Shown piece after piece: positions 13,301 to 36,800 of a DNA stretch of 64,000 nt. The notes under the pieces are model-generated. The model had not been told where the DNA came from and ran no database searches. It saw only the letters and a program-made list of their open reading frames with translations. The stretch lies in NCBI GenBank assembly GCA_020137815.1, contig CM035362.1:2232001-2296000 (forward strand), read 5' to 3'. Each line of letters opens with the position of its first letter. The first letter of the stretch is position 1. Made by a program: the position numbers and the translations under genes. This DNA is from Hormiphora californensis (taxonomy: Eukaryota; Animalia; Ctenophora).

Positions 13301-15100
13301 TGTAGCAATAGAAACCAAAGGGCGTCTGGGGGATGGAGATACTGCTCCTTTGTAGTCCCGTCTGAGGTGCAATGAATTATTATTAGAGCGGATATATCCT
13401 GGTCATCATCATGATAAAGAAAGAAATAGGGGAGCTAGGAATCCTGGTAGGATTTAACAGCGTCCCTGATTGTCATACTGTAAATAACAGTCTAGGATTC
13501 GATTGGGAAGCCCCATTCGGGGCCTGGCAAGGCCCCCCGACCCGAATATAATCCAAACTCAACCCATCCCCCCTAAAACATCCCCCCTAAAACTAAAACA
13601 ACGGGGCCGAGCCGGCAGGCCCTTAATACCAGATGAAAAAAAAACCATTCGGGGCCTGGCAAGGCCCCCCGACCCGAATATAACCCAAACTCAACCCATC
13701 CCCCCTAAAACATCCCCCCTAAAACTAAAACAACGGGGCCGAGCCGACAGGCCCTTAATACCAGATGAAAAAAAAACCATAAACCATAAACCATAAACCA
13801 TAGATATTTTTAGAGTGAAAGTTTTGAAGCCCCCTGAAGTAGTAGAGAGGTGTTCTATGGCTCGTTGGAAAGGTCTCGAGGTCCCGCGACGTATAGGGGG
13901 TGTGGCGATGGCCATACCCAAACCTATAAGGGGTAGGACGCGAAAAACAGTCAAAATAAGGGGTATACAGAACTAGGCAATTGGAAGGAGTAGAAAGGTG
14001 TTCTAGGGTGCGTTCGAAAGCTCTCGAGGTGCTGAAGTAATTGGAATGTAATTGGAAGTAATTACATGTAATTAAAGGGTAATTACATGTAATTAAAGGG
14101 TAATAACATGTAATTAAAAGGTCTGCATGATCCCAAATGATAATTTAAACATATTTTGACGTATTTGGAGGCCCTGAGACCAGCGGATGGCCAAATTTAA
14201 TCCGGTTTCGGGTCGGCTGACGTAAAAACTCCGCGTTTTGGTCGAGGTAAAACCATAAACCATAACCATAGATATTTTTAGAGTGAAAGTTTTGAAGCCC
14301 CCTGAAGTAGTAGAGAGGTGTTCTATGGCTCGTTGGAAAGGTCTCGAGGTCCCGCGACGTATAGGGGGTGTGGCGATGGCCATACCCAAACCTATAAGGG
14401 GTAGGACGCGAAAAAACAGTCAAAATAAGGGGTATAAAGAACTCGGCAATTAGAAGGAGTAGAAAGGTGTTCTAGGGTGCGTTCGAAAGCTCTCGAGGTC
14501 CTAAAGTAATTGGAATGTAATTGGAAGTAATTACATGTAATTGGAAGTAATTACATGTAATTAAAGGGTAATTACATGTAATTAAAAGGTCTAAATGACC
14601 CCAAATGACAATTCAGACATATTTTGACATATTTGGAGGCCCTGAGACCAGCGGGTGGCCAAATTTAATCCGGTTTCGGGTCGGCTGACGTAAAAACTCC
14701 GCGTTTTGGTCGAGATAACACACAAAAAACATTTCAAGGGAACCACGCGTTTCAATATGTCACACATATACTCACATCGACAACTATGAACGATACAACT
14801 TGAAGAAGAGCGGTAATCGCAGTCAGGGAATCAGTGATAGCAATGCCAGAGTAGAGCATGGAAACAAGGGTGTTTCGACTGATCCAATAGTACTTGAGGA
14901 CGGTGTAGTTTCCAAAGAGCGCGAAACTACCGATAACCAAATTACTCAGGATTTGGAAAAGGAACATGTCTATATATGGGGAAAACAGTTGTGACTGAGG
15001 AACATGTCTATACATTAGTAGTTTAGAGTAGAATGTTAGTGGTTGCCAACCATTGGTTGGATTTCTTCTCAAGCCGAGTATATATATAACTAATCGGAGA
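10355..15100 (-). CDS. Rhodopsin-like (class A) GPCR, multi-exon
   Basis: TM1-2 (GSFALFGNYTVL...IAITDSL, ~14775-14960), TM3 (VSCFLNATLAVTRAIAVWRPF, ~13200-13360), TM5 (~12420-12570), TM6 (TTRTIVIISVVFLICNITF, ~11970-12105), TM7 (VYLNAAINPCVLIYRS, ~11262-11390), tail exons ~10656-10853 and 10355-10521. Start not resolved. Confidence 0.8.
12252..12408. repeat. 37-bp minisatellite, ~4 copies, intronic
   Basis: Unit tatttctataactaacaggtaaatcagagttctactg. Confidence 0.9.
12898..13006. mobile_element. 109-bp MITE, hAT-type (8-bp TSD)
   Basis: TIR caggaaccgaccgaa; flanks ctctgccc/ctctgtcc. Confidence 0.85.
13503..14720. repeat. Composite intronic repeat: 2x ~127-bp unit, then 2x ~470-bp unit with (aaaccat)n and (taattacatg) sub-repeats
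   Basis: Direct repeats ~13513-13645/13645-13780 and ~13775-14250/14250-14715. Confidence 0.8.
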
Positions 15101-16045
15101 AAAGACAAAAGTAGTCGTGCCTGGATCTCAGGTTCAGCCACAACTGTTTCCCTCTATGTGTTTCCAATGGAAGTTCTATGTGTTACCAGCAAGGTCCTGT
15201 CGACATACGGTTACACGGGACCTAAGTGCTTGGTAAAATTAATGGCAGAAAAACTATTTTGTACAAGCTCACTACTGAGAAATGAATGACAACCTAGGCC
15301 TAAAGAAAAATCGAATGAATTATCGCTTCCAGAAGGAAGTTACAAAATTCATTTTCTATTGGCTTATCGGAATTCGTTCCATTTGACAATTTATTATCAG
15401 TTGTGATGGTGACACACAACTTGCTTCATTATTTCAAACTGTTAATTAATAGCACGACCTACAGTCGGCTGTCGAGAGTTGGTCATAAAATTATTAGTGA
15501 TTTTAGCACATACATAGTACCTATGTAACATAAATTTAGGTAACTAAATATCATCACGATTCAATTACGTATCGATTCGGTATCAGCACATGGATTCAAA
15601 TAAGCTCAACTGCAATTAATATTTGGGAAACATATTTGGGAAAACTGAACTCACACAGTACCAAATGAAGCAATTTATTACCTCAATTTAAGTGATATCA
15701 ACCAGACAAATTACTGGTGTCGCCCACAACAACCCAGCGGGTGGTGAACCACACTATATATTATAGTTGGCTGTACCACTTCGTGTTGGCCGTTGGACTT
15801 CACCAATTACCCAATTATCTGGGTTCCCATAGCACACACACATATGTGAATAAAAGGTACACTGGGCCGGTATAAGCACATTAGGGAGTTTTCTCAGACC
15901 CGGCCGGCGTCACCAGTAGGATTCTCACATTTCCTACTTGTATTTTGCACTGGCTCCTAACTGATAAGATCCAGCCGCTGCAGCAGGCGACCTCGACCTT
16001 GCCTATCTACGTGAGAAATTCTTGGGCTGCCGGGGGTTGCCCACC

Positions 16046-17401
16046 ATGCCCTCTACACCCCCCACCCCGGCAGGCCCTCGACCTAATGGTAAGTTAGGAC
16101 TGACGAGACGCTACTCCACTGAATGCCCGACAAGAAAATCAGCAAGAGTTGCGAGTCAGAGAGTCAACAACAACAAAACTACAACCCCTGTGAAGAGAGA
16201 CCCTGTTATTGCAAAGGGTGTTAAGAGTAGCAAGGACACTAGAAAAGACACTAGCAAAGACACTAGCAAGGATGATATTTGTATGTGTAGTAAACAGAAG
16301 GACAGTAGGGATATGTGTGTTGGACCGGACAGAAGTATGTTGGGAGTGAGTGATAAGTGTGTGGGGACTGATGATATAGAACTTTTTGATAAGGGAGTGG
16401 TGACTGATTCTACGGAAGTAGAAGACAAAGGTGTAACGACAGAGCGAAAACAACTAACTGTCCATGTTAACACCCCCCTCTCTCTCCCCCCATACACGGT
16501 TGATATTGCATCTAGAGAAGAGGAATCTGTACCTGCACCTGAACCTGAACCTGTCAGAGAACCTGAACCTGTCAGAGACGCACCAGCTGCAGATCCTTAC
16601 CTCAACTCTCCGGTAAGATCCATCCATATTGAATCTGATCTCACTCACATCACTACGGAAGCCCTTGCCAGCACCATCAGTTTTATTAAGGAGGGGCACC
16701 GGGAAGTAGCCACGTTTGGTGTTGACTATAGCTATGGAGGGAAGGTACATCCCGCTACCCCATTTCCATCGGAGGGTCCTCTCCATGACATCATAACATC
16801 ACTGTTAGGTACCATTGGAGAGCATAACTCATGCCTCGCCACACTGTACAGAAACGGGGGTAGCTCAATTCCCTGGCACCAGGATGATGAGGTACAGATC
16901 GTCCCTGACTCAGATATTGTATGTGTGTCGTTTGGAGCCACCAGGTCACTCCACATTAGAACTGTGTTTGGGCCCAAAGCTAACCATACACACGTTCAAT
17001 CACATGGCTCGTGCTACGCCATGTCAGTAGCGTGCCAGAACCAGTGGGAACACTGTGTCCCAGCGGAACCTGAAATTGCCGGGCCTCGGATTTCGCTGAC
17101 TTTTCGGAAGCTCAGGCCTACCCCGACAGACTCGAGCACTAACATCGTGCCCCCTCGACTCAATATTCCCCCCATCAAGCAACCCGACATGCCTGAACAT
17201 CAACCGAAACGGATCCTCGTCCTTACTGACAGTGGGTTTTACCGTTTATCATCACCCATTGGCCGAGACACAGATAGAAATGCATTTCTAGCTATCCTTC
17301 TCAAAGGCTATCTAGCTATCTCTAAAAGAGTCTGGCGGCATCTACATAGTCACAACATTAGTATCTCACAATATATTGGTGATCTAGGTTCTCATCTTTA
17401 G
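16046..17401 (+). CDS. Intronless AlkB-family 2OG-Fe(II) dioxygenase ORF, probably a truncated retroelement ORF1
   Basis: ccaccATG start; NSCLATLYRNG..SIPWHQDDE (HxD), VSFGATR, QWEHCVP (distal H), RISLTFR (2OG-binding R-x5-R); basic low-complexity N-terminus; RILVLTDS just before the ORF loses coding character at ~17235. Confidence 0.85.
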   Translation: MPSTPPTPAGPRPNGKLGLTRRYSTECPTRKSARVASQRVNNNKTTTPVKRDPVIAKGVKSSKDTRKDTSKDTSKDDICMCSKQKDSRDMCVGPDRSMLGVSDKCVGTDDIELFDKGVVTDSTEVEDKGVTTERKQLTVHVNTPLSLPPYTVDIASREEESVPAPEPEPVREPEPVRDAPAADPYLNSPVRSIHIESDLTHITTEALASTISFIKEGHREVATFGVDYSYGGKVHPATPFPSEGPLHDIITSLLGTIGEHNSCLATLYRNGGSSIPWHQDDEVQIVPDSDIVCVSFGATRSLHIRTVFGPKANHTHVQSHGSCYAMSVACQNQWEHCVPAEPEIAGPRISLTFRKLRPTPTDSSTNIVPPRLNIPPIKQPDMPEHQPKRILVLTDSGFYRLSSPIGRDTDRNAFLAILLKGYLAISKRVWRHLHSHNISISQYIGDLGSHL

Positions 17402-19497
17402 GAAACTGAAAGCTGTCGACACCTGATACAAGATGAAATTTTCCAAAAATGAATTCCTTTTTCTTTCATGTTATAAAGTATAAAGGAAGCTGATATATGT
17501 TATAAGGAAAGCATACATAATACAATCTCTTTCTGGCCGTGGCGCCGACCCGATATAAGCACATTGCCGCTTTTGAGAATCAAAACGGGGTCTAGCTTGG
17601 ATATTGACACCTGGCGCGACCCCCCGCACCCTCCGCGCCAGGTGTCTATGTCACCAAAGGTCTAGCATGGTCGGACAAGCTTGTTCACAAGAAAGAGAAG
17701 GACGTGTCTGCAGCAGCAGGTCTTATAATTATACCAATTTCTCCTGGCACACTGTGACATTTCTTGTGCCGTGTCTACAATTCTCCCACAGCTTTTTCTT
17801 TTCTCCCCTTTCAGCTCTTGCTTCCTTAATTTACGTGTATCACAAGACTATTGCAGTTCAGCAAATTCCATGTATTTATCTCCTTCTCTTTTAGGGTAGC
17901 TGTATGCACATACAACTTCATACGGGCTGGGAATGATATCAATCGTCCGTTGTACTATGTGACGATTCGGAATCACATAGAGCCGGTAGACTAAATAATA
18001 ACACCTAAAACACAACGCAAGAACTGTAATTTTGGGGCTGTCAGAGCATTGGGCCAATGCCATTGGCCTGACAGTTTTGGCGCCAAAATGAAAGTTCTGT
18101 ACAATTATATAGTCGTTAAAACAGTAAACTGTAAAGTGTAACACTGTCACACCGAGTACACAAACAAAGTTGCAAAATAAAATTATAATTTTGTCCTAAA
18201 TGCATCCATTATAGAAAGTGGCCAGGTAGATGAATTAACGCCCTATCCGCATGTCATAAATTTCCGTAATTCAGGGCATGTCCGGCGCCTCAGTGGGCAC
18301 ACGAATCATTATATGGAAGTGTGACAGAAAAGAAAATTATATTTTCTGACACTATCCTGCCAGCAGTGCGGACACGGCAAATTAGGGATGGTGAGAAATA
18401 GCGAGAAAAGTATATGTGGGAGAGGAGCTGTTGGGAGTGAGAGGGATGGGACGCCTCCATGCTGTTTGTGGCTAACAGCAGAGATAGGCACAGTTGTCAA
18501 TTATACAGACATGGATTATAGAGATATGGAGAGACAAAGAAAGTTGACAGAGGGGCGGTGGTGGAGGCCAAGATGGTGAACTAGAAAATGGATGAGGTTT
18601 CAACAGCAGCTATCCGGACCAGATGATGCTGGCCCAACAAGATCAGGTGGTGGTTTTGTGGTGGATTTCGTGGTGGATTTCGATTCGTGCTTTGGAACTG
18701 ATTGCTGGTTCGTGAGTTAAGGACCCGAATTAAACATTTTGGAAGCGTTCATTTTGTTATTTCGTGAATCGTATTTTTTGTCCGCGTCTGAAAAATACGA
18801 TACGTTTTGCAAATGTGAAATTTACTCGTGGTTGACATAGTCTAACAGTAGCTGCCTGGCAAGGTCAGCTTGTTTGGACAACAGACTCAGAACAGAAAGT
18901 CACTGTCTGGCGCCGCCGACCCGATCTGATTGGGGTATGGGCGCCGCCATACAGGAGAGTCAGAGAATTTAAAGTGAAACATAGAGTTAGGGTCTGCATC
19001 TGATCAGTTGAGTTGGAATGGACCAGGAAACGTCTGGGATATCACCTCCGATTACCTGAGGTAATACCTCCCCAGTTCCCACACAAATCTCAAATCGAAA
19101 CGCAAGGATTTATTGAATTAAAACAGTTAAAACACAATACTCCACATTGCAGATACGCTTCCTATCACACATTCTGGTAATAATTATCTCTCTTTAAAAC
19201 ACTATTTAATTAGTATAGTAGGACTCTAGTATGAGGTAGGTATACAGCTGTGATACAACAATACAATACATATCTGTACATTTACAGCCCGTATAATAAC
19301 ACATGATAATATCGCAGAAAGTAAACTACAATTTCTTGAACTACAAGTTCACCTAGTTACAAATACAATGATTGCCTAGTTCACTAATGACCATGTCAGT
19401 TACCCTATATCTTCCATCTTTATCAATATAAGTCCCTTCGAATCCAGCTCCAGGGACCAAGTTACCACGACCTGACTGTGTAAAATATTAAACCACA

Positions 19498-31667
<12,170 letters not shown>

Positions 31668-32268
31668 GGTGTGTGTGTGGGGGATTGTAGGTGCTATAGG
31701 AAGGGTGGTTAGTTTAGTTCGGGGTCGCCGAGTCATGGTGTGTGTGTGGGGGATTGTAGGTGCTATATAAGGGAGTGTGGTTATGTAATAGTTAGTTAGG
31801 TTGATATCAGTCTAGTTGGAAGTGGAAGAGAGCCCTGGGAGGGGAGTGGGCAGACGTTCCAGAGTCAAAACTGAGTGAAAGACAGTTGTTGTTGTATAAC
31901 AGTTAAAAGAACATTTAAAAACAATAAATATTTTGCTGAAAATGGAAAAATAACTTCTCTCTCTTAGTGCGAAAAATAAATAGATCTCTTTTGATAAATC
32001 ATTAAAATAAACTACATCTGCCACAAATAGAGTAAATTTGTTGAGTGATGATTTGAAAATGAAAGAACGTGATGTGCTACTTCAACTTTAGTTTTCAGTT
32101 TGACTGTATAGAACATCTACCACAGTCACGGCGCATTCTTAAATAAACTCTGGAATAATCTTCTTCACAGTTTTGCACTAGTACTAGATAGTGGGGTGAA
32201 TAACACTTCATACTTTATATTTTCCTCTAACGTACGGTGAGAACGGGGTCGAGCAATTTAGAACTTCA

Positions 32269-33864
32269 TACGTTAACCAGGCTACACCTTGCACGGGGGT
32301 GTATCACACGTTAACCAGGCTACACCTTGCACGGGGGTGTATCACACGTTAACCAGGCTACACCGTGCACGGGGGTGTATCACACGTTAACCAGGCTACA
32401 CCGTGCACGGGGGTGTATCACACGTTAACCAGGCTACACCTTGCACGGGGGTGTATCACACGTTAACCAGGCTACACCGTGCACGGGGGTGTATCACACG
32501 TTAACCAGGCTACACCGTGCACGGGGGTGTATCACACGTTAACCAGGCTACACCTTGCACGGGGGTGTATCACACGTTAACCAGGCTACACCGTGCACGG
32601 GGGTGTATCACACGTTAACCAGGCTGCACCGTGCACGGGGGTGTATCACACGTTAACCAGGCTACACCTTGCACGGGGGTGTATCACACGTTAACCAGGC
32701 TACACCGTGCACGGGGGTGTATCACACGTTAACCAGGCTACACCTTGCACGGGGGTGTATCACACGTTAACCAGGCTACACCGTGCACGGGGGTGTATCA
32801 CACGTTAACCAGGCTACACCTTGCACGGGGGTGTATCACACGTTAACCAGGCTACACCTTGCACGGGGGTGTATCACACGTTAACCAGGCTACACCTTGC
32901 ACGGGGGTGTAACACACGTTAACCAGGCTACACCTTGCACGGGGGTGTATCATACGTTAACCAGGCTACACCTTGCACGGGGGTGCATCACACGTTAACC
33001 AGACTACACCTTGCACGGGGGTGTATCATACGTTAACCAGGCTACACCTTGCACGGGGGTGTATCACACGTTAACTAGGCTACACCTTGCACGGGGGTGT
33101 ATCACACGTTAACCAGGCTACACCTTGCACGGGGGTGTATCACACGTTAACCAGGCTACACCTTGCACGGGGGTGTATCACACGTTAACCAGGCTACACC
33201 TTGCACGGGGGTGTATCATACGTTAACCAGGCTACACCTTGCACGGGGGTGTATCACACGTTAACCAGGCTACACCTTGCACGGGGGTTTATCACACGTT
33301 AACCAGGCTACACCTTGCACGGGGGTGTATCACACGTTAACCAGGCTACACCTTGCACGGGGGTGTATCATACGTTAACCAGGCTACACCGTGCACGGGG
33401 GTGTATCACACGTTAACCAGGCTACACCGTGCACGGGGTGTATCACACGTTAACCAGGCTACACCTTGCACGGGGGTGTATCATACGTTAACCAGGCTAC
33501 ACCTTGCACGGGGGTGTATCACACGTTAACCAGGCTACACCGTGCACGGGGGTGTATCATACGTTAACCAGGCTACACCTTGCACGGGGGTGTATCACAC
33601 GTTAACCAGGCTACACCGTGCACGGGGGTGTATCACACGTTAACCAGGCTACACCTTGCACGGGGGTGTATCATACGTTAACCAGGCTACACCTTGCACG
33701 GGGGTGTATCACACGTTAACCAGGCTACACCTTGCACGGGGGTGTATCACACGTTAACCAGGCTACACCGTGCACGGGGGTGTATCACACGTTAACCAGG
33801 CTACACCTTGCACGGGGGTGTATCACACGTTAACCAGGCTACACCGTGCACGGGGGTGTATCAT
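32269..33864. repeat. 38-bp tandem array, ~42 copies
   Basis: Unit cacgttaaccaggctacacc(t/g)tgcacgggggtgtatca; no spacers. Confidence 0.95.
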
Positions 33865-36800
33865 AGCAGGGACCTCGTTCCAGGTGTCTGAGTGGACATC
33901 GTACCTGTAAACCTGCAGTAAGGAGACAGGGTGGTTAGAAATTAGTTGACATCGTACCTAATATCTTAGAGAGTGCGATTTCGGACTGTTTGTGACAACT
34001 AAAACAGGCTAGCCTAGGCTTAGATTAAATCCACGAACCAACCCCAAACCGTTTCCGTGTTTTGTGATGTTCAAAGATGGGCGGTGAGCAGCTAGTGGTG
34101 ATCAGTAGTTAGTAGTAAGTGGGTGTAGGGGATGTAAGCGGTAAGGGTTGGGGGAGGTAGTGGTGATCAAGTGAAATATTTCTATTGTACGAAAAAAAAC
34201 AAGAAAACTCAAAGATAATGGAAATACTAAAACACTTAGTAATCATATCAATTGATTGTTTGAATTTTAGTAATGCCAAATCGTCGTTTTCTTTAACTGT
34301 ATGTACTGACATCCGGGGCCGCCACATAATTAACAGTTATACCAAGCTTCATCTGACTCGTCCTGGCAATCTGGTTCTCCATCACAGAGCCAATATTTAT
34401 TAATACATTCCCTGTTATCACAGGTCCATTGACTCTCCGAGCAGCCACAGTCAGTCTCATCGCTGGAGCAGTCCACGATACCATCACACCACCAGACATG
34501 CCGGATACACTCTCCATCAGAACACCCTTTCTCCCCAGGGGAACATGATGGCTCAACGCATATAAATTCGTCTGACCCATCTTCACAATAATTCCACCCA
34601 TCGCACACTTTATCGACAGGGACACATCTACCGTTTGGGCACCTCCTCCCAGAAGGACAACAGCCAAGTATACCCTCGGGACAATCATAAAAAGCCTCCG
34701 AGGCTATGATACAATAAACGAAGATGAGAGCGATCATCATATTGTGTCAAGTCTAAAGAGAGAGAGAAGTGTTGTTTGAGATTAGAGTTGGTATTAGTGA
34801 GTGGTTTTAAAGAATTGTCACAGACTAAACATTGCATCTGCATCACGGTAGACTAAATAAAGTGTTCGAAAGGCGTCGTAACTCTTTGATCCCTGGATAA
34901 CTGCATTTAATAAGGGCACATACATCGCCAGGGTACATGCGTGTACAATGAGTGACAATCGAAAAATGTTAGCACGGAGAAGTCACAAAAAAAACTGCAT
35001 TTTAAATTGTTTCTATTCTTCTCAGTGGATTTGGCCGGGATCGCTATTTTTGGCAGGATCGGGTCCTAACTAACCCACAAGCAGAGTGAGTTGTGCCGGT
35101 AACGCAAAGAGTGCAGCCGTCTAACCGTCTGTCAACACTGCGATAATCGTGCATGCGGGGAAGTAGGCAGTGTTCTAACACTACAAAGACAGACCTGAAC
35201 ACGCTAGTGAACTTTGCTCAAGACAATGCAAATGACGCTGACGACAGACGGATAGGACCGTACCCCGTACCATTTGAGCCAGGCATCACAAATATTATTT
35301 GAAATGCGAGGTTCAGTAAAAACAACTATCCCCATGACAAGTACCGTAGTTACAGAAGCATATAGCAAGCAGGAAACGGGAGATACAACCGATTCCAACT
35401 ATACACTGTGTGCGGCTGGGTTGGTTTTAGATGTTGGGACACATTAGCCGGACCAAATTTACAAGAATAGCAGAAAAAATTGTGCGGCGGGCACCTTGAA
35501 CCGCCCTAGTCATTTTTCAGGGACTATAATCAGGCTTAGATCAAATCCAAGAACCAACCATCAGCCCAAACCGTTTCCGTGTTTTGTGATGTTCAAAGAT
35601 GGGTGGTGATTAGCTAGTGGTGATCAGTAGTATTAAGGGGAATATAGGGCGTGTAAGGGTTGGGGGAGGTAGTAAAGTGGTGATCAAGTGAAATATTTCT
35701 ATTGTACGGAAAATACAAGAAAACTCAAAGAATAATGGAAAAACTCAAACACTTAGTAATCATATCAATTGATTATTTGAATTTTAGCACTGCCAAATCG
35801 TCGTTTTCTTTAATTGTAATTTCCACATCCGAAACCGCCACATAACTCATTACAGTTAGTCCAAGCTTCATCCGACTCGTCTTGACAGTCTGGTTCCCCG
35901 TCACAGAGCCACCATTTAGTAATACAATCCCCGTTATCACAGCGCCATTGACTCTCCGAGCAGCCGCAGTCAGTCTCATCGTTGGAGCAGTCTGCAACAC
36001 CATCACACCACCAATTGGTTGGGATACACTCTCCATCAGAACACCGTTTCTCCCCAGAGGCACATGGCACAATAAGCCCAGTGCATCTAATTTCGTCCGA
36101 CCCATCATAACAATCATTCCACCCATCGCACACTTTATCCTCAGTGACACATCTACCGTTCGGGCACCACCTCGCACAGTGACTCGGATGTATCGCATTG
36201 TAACAGCCGAGCGTACCACCGGGGCAATCATCAGTATAAAAAGCCTCCGAGGCTATGATACAATAAACGAAGATGAGAGCGATCATCATATTGTGTCAAG
36301 TCTAAAGAGAGAGAGAAGTGTTGTTTGAGATTAGAGTTGGTATTTTTGGTGAGTGGTTTTAAAGAATTGTCACAGACTAAACATTGCATTTGCATCACGG
36401 TAGACTAAATAAAGTGTTCGAAAGGCGTCGTAACTCTCTGATCCCTGGATAACTGCATTTAAGGGCACATACATCGCCAGGGTACATGCGTGTACAATGA
36501 GTGACAATCGAAAAATGTTAGCACGGAGAAGTCACCAAAAAAACTGCATTTTAAATTGTTTCTATTCTTCTCGAAGGTTAGAGACACCTTACACCGGACC
36601 TATATCAATCAGAGTTGTGCTGGCAACGCAAAAAGTGCAGCCGTCTACCAACACAATAGGGGGTATGTATAAACCCGGATAACCCGGATAACCCGGATAG
36701 TCCGGATAATTGATGTTTTCGAGATATCCGGATAACCAAGCTCGGATATGGGATTCCGGATAACTCGGATACTGAAATCCGGATAACTCGGATATCTCGA

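Noticed and set aside
17848-18730. Possible small minus-strand gene (..PPPDLVGPASSGPDSCC*, ..YMEFAELQ*)
   Set aside because: No consistent start or splice model and no recognisable domain.
32269-33864. CRISPR-like array (38-bp palindromic repeat)
   Set aside because: Repeats are contiguous with no spacers, there are no cas genes, and the context is eukaryotic.
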